This document shows, one piece after another, positions 25,731 through 39,478 of a DNA stretch of 64,000 bases (position 1 is its first letter; each line of letters begins with the position of its first letter). The notes under the pieces were generated by a model. The model saw only the letters and a program-made list of their open reading frames with translations, ran no database searches and was not told the origin of the DNA. A program made the translations under genes and the position numbers. Origin of the DNA: Mobula hypostoma (lineage: Eukaryota); contig NC_086097.1 in assembly GCF_963921235.1 (NCBI RefSeq), positions 160,334,001 through 160,398,000 of the forward strand, read 5' to 3'.

Positions 25731-27320
25731 ACATCCACTGCATCCCTTTTATCTATCCTACTTATAATCCTCTCAGAGAATTCCAACAGGTTGCCAGGCA
25801 GGATTTTCCCTGAAGGAAACTACGCTGACTTTGTACTATCTTGTCCTGTGTCTCCAAGTACTCCATCACTTCGTCTTTAACAATTAATTCTAACATCTTC
25901 CCAACCGCTGAGGTCAAGCTAACTCGTCTATAATTTCCTTTCTGCTGCCTTCTTTCTTAAAGAATGGAGTGACATTTGCAACTTTCCAGTCCTCTGGCAC
26001 CATGCCAAAGTCCAATGATTTTTGAGAGATCATTTCTAACACCATCACAATTTCTAACGCTACCTCTTTCAGAACTCTGAGGAGGAGAGGAGAAGATGGC
26101 GACTCGATGCAGCGCACGCGACTGCTCCGAAATGATAACGGTATTTGTAAGTAGGTACTGTGCACAAGCCTGATTTGATGGAGACAGACATGAGAAGCAC
26201 AGAGGAACATCTGGAGAAACTTCTGAAATGCCCGCTTCACTGCTGTTGCTATTGTGCAATCGAGAATCTCCGGAGGGGAAGGCCCCAAATCCTTGGCTTT
26301 GCCTATTGCCTGTTGCCGGGGCCGGGGTCAAAGCAGAGACAGTGCTTGGTGCTCGGTGTCAGAGGGCTGGTCAGAGGCTCGAAGTTTTCAGATAGGCTCA
26401 AGAGTCGGCTGTGGTTGGGTGCTTCCAGGGTGCTGCATCGGCAAGTTTGCGGCGCTGGAGGTTCATGGCAGGAAGAGAGTTTGTCTTCCTTCTACCGTCT
26501 GCATGAGATGATGGAACTTTCGAGCGACTTTGAGACTTTTTTTACTGTGCCCATGGTCTGTTCTTTATCAAATTATGGTATTGATTTGCACTGTTGTAAC
26601 TATATGTTATAATTATGTGGTTTTGTCAGTTTTTTTAGTCTTGGTTTGTCTTGTGTTTCTGTGATATCATTCTGGAGGAACATTATATCATTTCTTAATG
26701 CACGCATTACTAAATGACAATAAAAGAGGACAGTGTGTCCTCATAATCTAATCTAATTGAATCTAAACAAAAAAACCTAGGGTGCAGTTCATCTGGTCCG
26801 GGTGACATGTATCTTCAGGTCTTTCAGCTTTTCCAGCACCTTCTCTCTTGTAATAGTAACTGCACCTACCTCTCTTCCTTCACACACTATAACATCAGGC
26901 ATACTGCTAATGTCTTCCACAGTGAAGACTGATGCAAAATACTCATTTAGTTCATCAGCATCTCCTTGTCCCTCATTATTATTTCTCCTGCCTCATTTTC
27001 TAGCAGTCCTATATCCACCCTCATTTCTCTTTTATTTTTAACATACTTGAAAAAACTTTTACTATCCACTTTGACATTATTTGCTAGCTTGCTTTCATAT
27101 TTCGTCTTTTCCCATCTAATGATCTTTTTAGTTGCTTTCTGTAGATTCTTAAAAACCTTCCAATCCTCTACCTTCCCACTAATTTTTGCTTTGTTGCATG
27201 CCCTTTCTTTTGCTTTTACAATAGCTTTGACTTCCCTTGTCAGCCATGGTTGTACTATTTTACCATTTGAGTATTTCTTCATTTTTGGAATACATACTCC
27301 CTGTACCTTCCTCACTTTTC
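25731..27320 (-). mobile_element. CR1 ORF2 internal fragment, split by a retroposon at 26080-26775
   Basis: RVLKEVALEIV...VPEDWKVANVTP (25914-26078) and QPWLT...SKSFFKYVKNKR (26947-27315). Confidence 0.9.
26080..26775 (+). mobile_element. ~680-bp non-coding retroposon, copy 1
   Basis: End-to-end similarity to 39479-40152. GGAG-rich start with AAGATGGCG. AATAAA, GAGGAC/GTCCTC stem-loop and (TAATC)n tail. Cleanly interrupts a CR1. Confidence 0.9.
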
Positions 27321-29029
27321 CCGGAGATGTTAATAATTTTAAAAGTTGGTGGGGTATTTATCAATTTAATGATCTTTCATTGAACTTGGACTTTGTACCA
27401 AATAAGTCATTGACTAACATTGTTCTACTACTGATGGCACTGCCTTCAACTGCCCAAGTCCATGCTTTCAAATTGCCTCCCTGGTCCCCTCTGCCTCTTC
27501 CCTTCTCTACGTCTTTAAACCAGTTCCTAACTAGACACTGATTGCAACTGTCCTAATATCTTATGAGCTGATATTGGTGTCAAGTTTTGGTTGAAGACAT
27601 TTGTGAGCTGCTTTGGAATATAATGGATCCTGGTTACCTCCAGTAAATCCATAACAGAATAAGCGTTTCATGCTCTTGCTTAATTTTGTTACGCTGCATT
27701 TGATGCGGAATTGTGAATGCAACCATGAATCATGAACTTAATGGATGAATGAGCGATCTATGAAAACAGCCAGTGTACTAAGTGCTCAAAGTGAAATGTA
27801 CACAGAAAGCAAATGCTGTAGGAGATCACCAAAGCAGAAAAGGGAAGGCTGTGGAGGAATTTGAAAGACATGCCACTAGCTCTGAAGGCATGGTTTCTGC
27901 AAAGCATGGGAAGATTTAGTGCCAGAGCTAACACACTGATGATGCCAAATGAAAGGAGATTGCTCTATGTTCATCTGTTACAAAGCTATTTGTCTTGATT
28001 TCTCTCTCTCCTTCTGACTGGGCCTGACAGCTGATGACTCGGTACAGGCAGAAGGATTGTCTCTCAGTTGACAGTTTCAGGTGCTCACAGTCCTATGAGA
28101 AATGCATTAGCCTTGCAAGTTTTGACACAGAGGCTTCAGCAAATAATGGAATTACATCCTGTATGCCAGCAATGATTTATGGAGCATCAGTGCTTGGTGA
28201 GTTATAATCTATGCTGACCTTGATATCTGCTTTTACGGAACACATGGTTATGATACGTGATCTGAGGATTCCCCCTGCTATTAATGGCCAAGGTTAAAGT
28301 CCGTATAGTTCTGGTTGGTAACTCAGAAACCACCTATGTTCTTGAGTAAGAAACAGGAAATGCATTAGAGAGGATAAAAAGGAACAGCTCAACTTTGTGT
28401 AATTACTTTTCAAGCAGCCAGGCAGGGCGAGCAGGGAGGCAGATGAATGACACTTTTATATGTTGGCTTTGTCTAGCTGTGCATAGAAAGTGTATCATTC
28501 TTTGTGACAGGACACATCATAGACACAGATGGCAGCAAATTCATTGTAAGAAGTAAAAATTGCTTGTGTTGGGAAGTCAGTTAAAATTTGTGGAAATCAG
28601 TGTAACCATGATGAGGAATTATTCCATAACTCAAGGGAAATTTTGTGCTGGAAAAATTGCAGAGGAAGTTAATATATTTCTTCTTAGGCAGTCTTCAGGA
28701 AGTTTCCACAGGGCTTTGCAGGTTGCAGATTTGTTGAGGATATCAATGTGGTAACAGCAGTTTCTTCGACAGATGAATGAGGAACTATATGATTGAGAAT
28801 GGGGGTGTGGCTTGTGACATGGTGGAATAGTGGATGCAACCATGAATCGTATTTTCTGCAAATTTCATCTGTCGACCTGCCTCTGTTTTCCAACTTCTCC
28901 CCTCTCCCTCCTTCACCTGGTTCCTTCTGCCCATAAGCCTTCATCTCTTCTTGCTGCATCTGTCACCTACCTGCCCTTGTCTCACCACAATCTCTACCTA
29001 TATACCAGTTATTGTTTCTCTGATTAACA

Positions 29030-31820
29030 GACTCTGAGATCCATCTTGCTGAAGCCAAATGGCAACTCTCAGATACCTGCTCTTACTTATCCCCCACACA
29101 GGACCCCACTAAGGAGCATCAGGCTATTGTCTCCTGCAATACTACCAACTTCATCAACTCTGATGATCCCCCATCCATTGCCACCAACCTCATAGTTCCC
29201 ATAGCTCAACAGTTCATTTCTACATCCTACCCAAGATCCACAAATCTAACTGTCCCAGTAGCCCCATTGTTTCTGCCTGCTCCTGCCCCACTGGATTTAT
29301 GTCTGCATATCTTGACTGCATTTTCTCCCCTTAGGTTAAGTCACTTCATATCTGTGTCCGTGACATGTCATGTGCTCTCCATCACTTCTATAACTTTCGG
29401 TTCTCTGGCCTGAATTGCCTTATCTTCATTATAGACATCTAGTCTCTGTACACTTCCAGCCCCCATCAAGAAGGCTTTAAAGCTCTCCACTTCTTTCTTA
29501 ATAACAAACTTAACCAGTTCCCCTACACCACTCCCCTCAGTCTGACAAACTAGTTCTTACCCTCAACAATTTCTCATTTGCATCCTCTCACTTTTTCCAA
29601 ACCCAAGGTGTAGCCATGATTACTCGAATGTGCCTTAACTATGCCTGCTCTTCTGTCAGATATGTGGAGCAGTCCTTATAGCAAGCCTACATGAGTAACA
29701 ACTTTACCTCCGCTACAGTGATGACTGCACAGTGCTGCTTCCTACCCCATGCTGTGCTCGTCAATTTCATTAACTTTGCCTCCAACTTCCACCTTGCCCT
29801 TTTCTCCCTTTTCTTTATCCCTCTGTCTCCCACTCTGGAGACAGACTATCCACTGATATTTTTTGCAAACCTACTGACTTCAACATCTATCATGACTATA
29901 TCCCTTCCCACCCTGTGAAATGTAAAAAAAAATGCTACTCCCTTCTCTCAGTTCCTCCATCTCCATTGTATCTTTTCTCAGGATGAAGCTTTTCAATCTG
30001 GAACATCTGAGATGTCCTTTTTTCCTTTCCTTCTACCATCAATGCTGCCCTACCTGCATTTCCTCCATTTCCCACACACCAACTCATACTCCATCCTCCT
30101 GCTATCATAACAGAAATAGAGTTCCACTTGTCCTTTCCTCCCACCCAACAAGCCTCTATATCCAAAACATAATTCTCCATAATTTCCACCATCTCAGATA
30201 GGATCGTGCCACTAAGAACCAGAATTAAAATCAGGCTTGGTATCACTAGTGTATCATGCACAGATTGTATCATGCAATCTGTTGATTTGCTGCAATAGTA
30301 CATTGCAATACATATTAATTTTTTAACTATAATTTACAATAAGACCATATAAAATTAAATTAAATAAGTAGTGCAAAAAGAGAGCAAAAATAGTGAGGTA
30401 GTGTTCATGGGTTCATTGTCCATTTAAAAATCTGATTGTGGATGGAAAGAAGTTGTTGCTGAAACATTGAATGCATGTTTTCAGGCTCCTATACTTCCTC
30501 CTTGATGGTGGAAATGAGAAGAGGGCATGTCCCGGGTCATGGGGGTCCTTAATAATGGATGCTGCCTTCTTGAGTTATCACCTTTTGAAGATGGTCCGGA
30601 TGCTGGGGAGGCTAGTGCCCATGATGGAGTTGGCTGAGTTTACAACTTTCTGCAGTACTTTCTGAATCTGTGCAGTGACCCCTCCATACCAGATGGTGAT
30701 GCAACCAGTTAGAATGCTCTCCATGGGCCACCTGTGGAAATTTGTGAGAGCCTTTAGTGATATACCGAGTCTCCTCAAACTCCTAATGAAATATAGCTGG
30801 TGTTGTGTCTTCTTTACAATTGCATCAATATGTTGGACCCAGGATAGATCTTCAGGGATTTTGACACACAGGAACTTGAAACTACTCACTCTTTCCACTG
30901 CTGATCCCTTGATAAGTAGTGATGAGGATACTAAGCACATTTCCCCCTCCAACCACTTTCTATAGGAATTACTCTATATGTGGCTCAATTGTCTATTCAT
31001 CCATCCACACTGATCTCCCTCACCACCATTCAGGGCTCCAAGCAGTCCTTCACCTGGCAACACTTCACCTCGTCTGTCGGGGCCATCTATTGCATCTGGT
31101 ACTCAGCAGTGCAGAATCCTCTTTATCGGTGAGTTCTGACTCAGATTGGGGACCACGTTGTCAAGCACAATCGCTCAGTCCACTGCAAAAAGCCAGACTT
31201 CCAGGTGGCTACCCATTTCTATTTGATTTCCCATTTCCATTCTGACATCTCTGTTCATGGTCTCCTATACTACCATGATGATGAGGTCAAACTCGGGTTT
31301 GAGGTGCAACAACTCACATTCCATCTGAATAGCCTCCAACCGGATTACATGAACATTGATTTCTCTAATTTCTAGTAATTTCTTCCCTCTCCCTCCTTCT
31401 CTCTTTTTTTCATTCGCCATTCTGGTCACCCTTTCACTCTTCTCTTCTCCTCACCAGCCCATCACCTCACTCTAGTTCCCCACCACCTTCCCTTTCTTCT
31501 ATAGTCCACTGTCCTCCCATATTCAATTCTTAGCCCTTTATCTTTTGCACCAATTCTCTCCCAGTTTCTTACTTCAACTTTTCCTCCCCCATCCACCCAC
31601 CTTTCCCCTCACCTGGTCTCACCTGTCACCTGCCAGCTTGTACTCCTTCACTACTCCCCCCACCTTCTTATTCTGCTTCTGCTCCTTTCCTTTCCAGTGC
31701 TGATGCAGGGTCTCAACCCAAAACGTTAACTGATATTCCCCAACTTAGAAGCTGCCTCACTTGCTGAGTTCCTCGTGCATTTTGAATGTGTTGCTCTGGA
31801 TTTCCAGCAGCTACAGAATC
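29030..31820 (+). mobile_element. Old Penelope-like element (RT, GIY-YIG, pLTR), split by a Rex1 fragment
   Basis: Decayed FYILPKIHK (~29215-29245), SLYT, LNNFSF and QG.AM RT motifs. GIY-YIG-like remnant ~31040-31375. pLTR with decayed hammerhead at ~31696-31732. Confidence 0.85.
30222..30925 (-). mobile_element. Rex1/Babar LINE 3' fragment
   Basis: ORF 30578-30952: VERVSSFKFL..I.EDLSW..HIDAIVKK....LYFIRSLRR...ESILTGCITIWYG. Confidence 0.9.
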
Positions 31821-33199
31821 CTTTGTGCTTATAGTATATATAAGTTGGGATGTTTTGCTACAATTGTACAAAGGCTGGTATATGTAGAGTTCTCCTTGCC
31901 ACACTCTAGAACACATGTGGATAGAGTGCATAGGAGATCCACCAGGATGATGCCTAGATTTGTTATCTTTAATTGTAGGGAGAATACATAGGCTAGGTTA
32001 CTTAACATTTTTGTATTCTGACTTTATTATTCAAGAATTCAATATTGCTCAGAAATATGCCCTTTCATTCCATGCGCCTGAACAGAACATCTCAGATTGG
32101 CCTATTGATGAGGTCAGAGCTCTCCTCCAGTAAAAGAATTTGGGATTTACATCAGGAATTGGGTCAGGGTGTTGGATCAGAATTCTTATCCAAAATTGAT
32201 ATCAGGATTAGCTCAAGTGTTGGGTCCTAGATCAGTGGAGGGGTTCTCACAGATTAGAAATTGCCATGCCCAATCTAGGATGACAGATCTCTCGGAAAGT
32301 GGAGGAGATGAAGGATTACGTTCAGGATCGGAGCAAGGTATGGAGAAACAGCGGGGCCAAAAATCATGGTTCAGTAATTGGGGGGTAAATATTTGGGCTA
32401 ACCCAGACTGTTGTTGAGCATCAGGGTAGGCAACAATGGGACAGCAGATTCAGGTGGGTAGCTGTGATGATTGAGTTCTCAGTGAGGGGCTTTTTGATTT
32501 ATTTTTAATATCCCATTCACTGCATCATTTTTAGAAATTTTATTAAACTACTACAATTCTATTCTGAACACTTGCACAAGTTGTTTCTCCCTCTTGATCC
32601 GAGCCTATTACGTAGCCTGCTGATCCCCTGCAGACAAAAGCCATAACAAATCAGTAATTCTTTTATCAGCATTGCACAGCTGACCCACAGAAATGGGTTC
32701 TCATGTACAAAACTGTGACCATTCAAGCATTAAAATGGAACTATTAAAAAATTGGAATGATTTAAGATCCTGGTAACAAACAATTTTCTGTAAATGCACC
32801 ATGATGACATTGTGCTAAACAATTTAGGAAATGTTTAAACATTAATTCTTAACCCTAATACACTACCTCATAAAAATGCTTGTTAGGATCAAGACAGGTA
32901 ATAAAATGAGTGTATTTAGTGAATCTACAAGTAGAAAGATGCAGTGTAAAAAATTCCCTTCCAGATTTCACTGAATATTTAATTCTCCATCAGAATCATC
33001 TAAACACAATTAGTGACATTTTGCATGCCAAACGACAGTCTGTATATGCACACTGGTCAATTTCAAACGGTCTTCTAACATTGTGGACAATCTTGCTGTA
33101 GCTCTATGTCCTAAATAGAGGTATAGAAGTTATTTGTTTGTTGAAAGAGAAATCACCAATGTGCCGAAGTTTTGCCGTAGTTTAACTCAGAGTAATATT

Positions 33200-35140
33200 T
33201 TCCATTGAATTTCAGAAAGGGCAGGTCCTGTTTGACAAACTTACTGGAGTTCTTTGAGGACGTAATGCGTGCAGTGGATACAGGGGAACAGGTGGATGTT
33301 GTATACTTGGAATTCCAGAAGGCATTCGATAAGGTGCCGCACAAGAGACTTATAAATAAGACACGGATGCATGGAGTCGGAGGAAGTGCATTGGCATGGA
33401 TAGTGGATTGGTTAACCACTAGAAGGCAGAGAGTTGGTATAAATGGGTGTTTCTCCAGTTGACAGTCTGTGGTGAGTGGGGTACCTCAGGGGTCGGAGCT
33501 GGGCCCACAGCTGTTTACCATTTACATTGATGATTTGGAAGAGCAGACTGAGTGTAGCGTAGCAAAATTTGCTGATGACACTAAACTGAGTGGAAAAGCA
33601 AATTTTACAGAGGATGTGGAGAGTCTGCAGAGGGATATAGATAGTTTAAGTGAGTGGGCCAAGATCTGGCAAATGGGATACAACGTCAGTAAATATGAGA
33701 TCATCCACTTTGGAAGGAATAATAGAAGAGGAGATTATTATTTTTTAAATGGTGAAAGATTGCAGCATGCTGCTGTGCAGAGGGACTTGGCAGTGCTTGT
33801 ACATGAACTGCAAGATGTTGGCTTGCAGGTACAACAGATTATTAAGAAGGCAAATGGAATGTTGGCCTTCATTGTTAGAGGGATTGAATTTAAGAGCAGG
33901 GAGGTCATGCGGCAACTATACAGGGTACTGGTGAGACCGCACCTGGAGTACTGTGTGCAGTTCTGGTCTCCACACTTGAGGAAGGATATACTGGCTTTGG
34001 AGGCAGTGCAGAGGAGGTTCACTAGGTTGATTTCAGGGATGAAGGGGTTAACCTATGAGGGGAGATTGAGCCGCCTGGGACTGTACTCTCTGGAGTTCAG
34101 AAGAATGAGAGGGGATCTTATAGAAACATACAAAAGTTTGAAAGGGATAGATAAGATAGAAGTAGGAAAGTTGTTTCCATTGGTAGGTGAGACTAGAACT
34201 AGGGGATATTGCCTCAAGTTTCAGGGGAGAAGATTTAGGACGGAGATGAGGGGAAACCGTTTTTCCCAGAGAGTGGTGAATCTGTGGAACTCTCTGCCTA
34301 GGGAAACAGTTGAGGCTTCTAAACTAAATGTATTTAAGAAACAGTTAAATAAATTTTTACATAGTAAGGGAATTAAGGGTTATGGGGAAAAGGCAGGTAG
34401 ATGGAGCTGAGTTTATGGACAGATCAGCCATGATCTTATTGACGCAGACTGAGCGACGCAGACTGGGAGATCATTTTGCTGAACACCTACGCTCTGTCCG
34501 CCAGAGAAAGCAGGATCTCCCAGTGGCCACACATTTTAATTCCACATCCCATTCCCATTCTGACATGTCTATCCACGGCCTCCTCTACTGTAAAGATGAA
34601 GTCATACTCAGGCTGGAGGAACAACACCTTATATTCCGTCTGGGTAGCCTCCAACCTGATGGCATGAACATTGACTTCTCAAACTTCCACTAATGCCCCA
34701 CCTCTCCCTCGTACCCCATCCATTATTTATTTATACACACACATTCTTTCTATCTCTCTCTTTTTTCTCCTTCTGTCCCTCTGATTATACCCCTTGCCCA
34801 TCCTCTGGGTTTTCCTCCCTCCCCCTTTTCCTTATCCCTGGGCCTCCTGTCCCATGATCCTTTCATATCCCTTTTGCCAATCAACTGTCCAGCTCTTGGC
34901 TCCATCCCTCCCCCTCCTGTCTTCTCCTATCATTTTGGATCTCCCCCTCCCCTTCCCACTTTCAAATCTCTTACAAGCTCTTCCTTCAGTTAGTCCTAAC
35001 GAAGGGTCTCGGCCCGAAACGTCCACTGTACCTCTTCCTAGAGATGCTGCCTGGTCTGCTGCATTCACCAGTAACTTTGATGTGTGTATCTTATTGAATG
35101 GCGGGGCTGCTCCTATTTCGTATGTTCTTATATTCTTGTG
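33200..35140 (+). mobile_element. CR1 LINE, 5'-truncated, with a Penelope insertion in its 3' UTR
   Basis: ORFs 33205-33462 and 33469-34410 (GVPQGS.LGPQLFTIYIDD...KFADDTKL). The 3' UTR resumes at 35088. Confidence 0.95.
34443..35087 (+). mobile_element. Young 5'-truncated Penelope element (GIY-YIG C-terminus plus pLTR)
   Basis: RRLGDHFAEHLRSV...PVATHFN...RLEEQHLIFRLGSLQPDGMNIDF. TSD ATCTTATTGA at 34433-34442 and 35088-35097. Hammerhead motif at ~34992-35027 has a CTAACGA core change. Confidence 0.95.
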
Positions 35141-35954
35141 AATTTCTCCATATAATTTATCTATTTACCTCTAAAAGATTTGTTCTATCTTTCAAGCTCG
35201 ATCTTCCCAGCTGTTTCGTCCTCACTTGGAATTTTGACATTAGGGGACCTTTTGCTAACAAAAATGAAGAGACATAGAAAAATTAGGCTCAGGAATACAT
35301 TCAATCCTTTGGACCCTGTTTTATCTTTCCATTAGATCTTGGCTGATATGCACATTTGTCTTTGTCTGTAATCTCTTTTGTGCTCATCTATCAAAAATAT
35401 AACAATATTTTTGGAGTTGATTAACATTGCATTGTCAGTTTTTCAGGATTATCTAGCAATTTATGGCATTACACCAATGTTCTTGTTTGAAAGTATATCT
35501 AGTAGTTATGGATAATTAGTTACTGTCTTCCATTAGTGGATACATTACATAGTTCCATGGGAGCTCCTCTGAATTTTCGGCATACAAGACAATCCAATCT
35601 TCCTTTTGCAATTCTGGTGAATCAAATGTGTTGTTCCTCCAAAGTCACTATTTTGCACAAAGAATATGTTTGAACTTTTGTCTTTGGATCATTACTCCTT
35701 TGCAGCCTAGAAAGGGTCAGAGGCAAACAAATTGATGGGGGTGTGTACTTGTGGCTCCTATGGGTAATGCAAAATAATTATGTGTGATTTATGCATTATT
35801 ATGTAAAACCTGTAAAAGTCAGCTGCAACATTTCGAGGGGAGCATAGATTTCCTGGGCCAGGCTCATTGTAAACTAGAGGTAAGTGAATTTGGGCCCATT
35901 GACACTTAGAATAAAATAATAGTCACTGCATATAGTCAGCATATAGGAGTCAGC

Positions 35955-36755
35955 ACATAGGATGCAGAGCTGCATAGAGAAATGACAGATTGTATCCTGT
36001 CCAGAAAAGTGTGAAGTGATACACTTCAGAGGATCAGACTTGAAGGCAGACTACAAGGTCAATGGCAGTATTCTTAGCAGTGTGGAGAAACAAAGGGATC
36101 TTGGGGTCCACATGCATAGATCCCTCAAAGTTGCCACGCAAGTTGATAGGGTGGTTAAGAAGGCTTATGGTATGTTGGCCTTCATTAGCTGGAGGATTAT
36201 GTTCAAGAGTTGCAACTCTGGCTAGACCTCACTTGAGTATTTTGTTCAGTTCTGGTCGCATCATTGTAATAAGGACATTGAAGCTTTAAAGAGGGTGTAG
36301 AAGAGATTAACCAGAATGCTACCTGGATCAGAGAACATGTCTTATGAGGATAAATTGAGCGATCTAGGGCTTTTCTCTTTGGAGCAAAGGAGAATGAGAG
36401 GCAACTTGATTGAGGTATATAAGATTATGAGAGGCATAGATAGGGTGGACAGCCAGGGCCCTTTTCTAGGATGGTAATAACCAATACCAGAGAACATCTG
36501 GAGGAAATTTAGGGGAGATGTCAAGTGTGGGCTTTTTACACAGAAAGTGGTATGGGCCTGGATCATTCTGCTGGGGGAGGTGGTAAAGTCTGATACGTTA
36601 GGTACATTTAAGAGACTCTTAGGTAGGCACATAGATGTAAAAAAAATGGAGGGTTATTGGCTGGGACGGGTTAGATTGGTCATGAAGTAGGTTTGTATAA
36701 GTTGGCACAACATTATGGGCCGAAGGTCTTGTACTGTGTTGTACTGTTCTATGTT
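35955..36755 (+). mobile_element. CR1 3' fragment
   Basis: ORF 36016-36225 (QRDLGVHMHRSLKVATQVDRVVKKAYG); CR1 3' tail. Confidence 0.9.
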
Positions 36756-37421
36756 CTCTTTTCCCTGCTACTATTCACTAATGGTACCAACTGCGTCTTC
36801 CTGGGGTTCTATATCTTGTTCCAACTGGGATGGACCAATCACAATAAGTTATAAGTTCTATATTATTTGGAGCCTCCCTGAGCTTCCTAAAGGTTTATGG
36901 GCTATTGTGGCTCTGTGCCCTATAAAGAAACATCAGCATTGGCCATGTCATTTGCTTGTAGCAACCAGTAGAACAGTGTGTGGCCAAGAATGTATTGTAC
37001 AAGCCTCTTTTGTGGCTGCAATGGTCTTAGAGTCGGTCTTATGAAGGATCCCAACAACTTGGTGACAGATGGATAGGAGGCAAAATGTACAATAATTTCA
37101 AAGTCTTGAATTTTGCTCCTTTCCTGTACTTAGCACAAAGAAAACCAGAGCATGTGAGTTGTTATTGACCTGCATTTTAGCTCAAACAGGCTGCATAATG
37201 CCTTATTAGCCATTTACAATTGACCGAGGTGTTCCGACAAGTCATAGATATTATGTTCAAAATCAAAAAGACTGAATATAGTAAAAATTTGAAATATATA
37301 CACACATTATCATACACAAAAGGTAAGGCAGCATCTGTGAAAAAACATTAACATTCTGCTTCCCTCAATTTGTTCAACTAAACATATACAACTAAAATAG
37401 AGTAAATATTGTGTGAATTAC

Positions 37422-37692
37422 CTGTGAGAGAAGAGACCTTTTAAATAAACTTAACTTGAAAGTTGAGAGGTTAGGTTTCAGTGGGAATGATTTCTTGAAG
37501 CCTCGTTCGTCAATTGCTTATAATAATAAAGGAAAAATTTTTGGATGAACCAAAGGACAGACAAGAGCAAATTAATTAAGCAATTTAAACTGAGTCTATG
37601 CTTCAGTAGTTTCATTTGATATATACCCAGACGTTCACACAATGCTGTTATGATGTTATTTTTTATCCTAAGCTCTATAGCACCTTGAGTCC
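37422..37692 (-). CDS. Two candidate host exons (37627-37692 and 37422-37516), unidentified
   Basis: Splice-like ends ttttag|...|gtatat and tataag|...CAG|gtaatt. Phases are compatible and give TQGAIELRIKNNIITALCERLAIDERGFKKSFPLKPNLSTFKLSLFKRSLLSQ. No family recognised; could be chance. Confidence 0.25.
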
Positions 37693-39208
37693 CTAAAATG
37701 AAATATTTTGCCTTTTCAGTCTTCAAATCATCCAAATACAAACATATTAAGGTGTGAAACAGAAAAGTGAATGAAATGGAACATGTTATTTTAATAATGA
37801 AGCTGATTCTTTCTCTCCCTTCTTCAGGTGTTAATGTAGGCAGTACAGCAGAGAAGAATGTAGTTGGCAATTGATACGCATCTCCCCAGCATTTACTCAT
37901 CATGACTGATGGCCACATTGTAACTCCATCCACTACGACTACGGAATTTGTACCCATGAAAGGTCTAGCAGAATCTACAAGAATCCTCTGTCAGGGCAAG
38001 GTAGGCCATTCCGAGGGATGGAAAGGCAATCTCTTGGCATGCTGGCATAATGAACAGTGCATTATGAGTTACTTGATTTCCTGCTCTATCCCAGGCCTCC
38101 AGACAAAGCTCCAAGCCAGTGTTTTCATTTTGACCACTATGTAGCTTCACCAACATTTCAGCCCTCAGCTTAGATGCTATAGTAATTCTTAGTTCCCATA
38201 TAAGGTAACCCGTGTCAAGTCAAGGGCAAGTTCATCCTGGTGCTGGTAAAAATGGGGGGATTGGAATTTCTGCTGCACATTCCAGCCATTTTGGGTGGCC
38301 ATGTAGACCTGAGACTGTGTGGGTCTTTTCTGGTTTCCCTTTGGATTATTTCTCATGTAATTGGGAAGCTTTCAATTAGCACAGGGGAGAATACATCAAG
38401 CGGAGTGTCCTCGCTTGTAAATTTTTCAGGTATTTTCTTTTCCAAGGGGAAACGAGACAACCCATCAACATTTTCATGATCAGTCGTCCTCTTGAATTTG
38501 ATCTTGTAATTGCATCCTCCAAGGAACACACCACATATCTGCAATTGTGCTGCTACTGTTAGTGGAACACCCTTCTGGATTGAAAATGAACATTATGGTT
38601 GATGTTCAGCAATGAGGGTAAACTCTCTCCCATGCACGTACCGGTTGAAATGTTCTACACCCCAAACCAGACCCAAGGCCCCTCTGTCAATCTGTGAGTA
38701 ATTTTTCTCTGCTGTGGTAAGGGAATGTGATGCAAAGGCTATGGGACATTCACTTCCATCACTTATAACATGTGGCATTATTGCACCTATACCACAAGGC
38801 AAGGGTTACCTGCAATCCTCACGGGATGATATGGATCATAATATGTGAATACAGCATCTGATGACACCATTTCCTTTACCTCATGGAAAACTACTTCACA
38901 CTGTTTTATCCATTGGCAGTTCCTCCAGATCTGTAGTGATGTAAACAAGGGGAAAGCATATTAGCCAGGTTTAGCAAGAATCTGTTATAATAATTGACAA
39001 ATCCTAAAAAGGACCACAAATGTAACATTCATTTGGCTTTGGGTCATCCACCACTACTTGAATTTTCTCAGCACATTTGTGTAATACGTGTCAGTCAATG
39101 GTGTGATCACAGTAAGTGATGGTTGGTTTTAAAGAATTCACACCTGTCACATCATGCTTTGAGCCCATAATCTTCCAATCTCTTTAAAGCTGCCTTGAGA
39201 CTTTGGAA

Positions 39209-39418
39209 CTGTTCCTTGCCATCCTTACTGGTGACAGCGATGTCGTCCGGGTAACACTGAGTGCCTCAGTAGCAAAAACTCTGTTCCTTGCCATCCTTAC
39301 TGGTGATGGCGATGTCGTCCGGGTAACACTGAGTGCCTCAGTAGCAAAAACTCTGTTCCTTGCCATCCTTACTGGTGACAGCGATGTCGTCCGGGTAACA
39401 CTGAGTGCCTCAGTAGCC
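39209..39418. repeat. 72-bp tandem repeat x~2.9 covering the RT YxDD motif
   Basis: Units start at 39209, 39281 and 39353 and are near-identical. The minus strand reads GTQCYPDDIAVTSKDGKEQ. Confidence 0.95.
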
Positions 39419-39478
39419 TTGCAGCACACAGTCCATATGTCTTACTTCCTGACTGCAGGTGCAGATACTACTCCAAAA

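Noticed and set aside
27640..28860. Possible ancient coding relic or conserved element
   Set aside because: No motif I can assign; the ORFs are short and inconsistent between frames.
39209..39418. CRISPR-like array
   Set aside because: The units are contiguous and near-identical with no unique spacers, derive from Gypsy RT, and there are no cas genes in this eukaryotic context.
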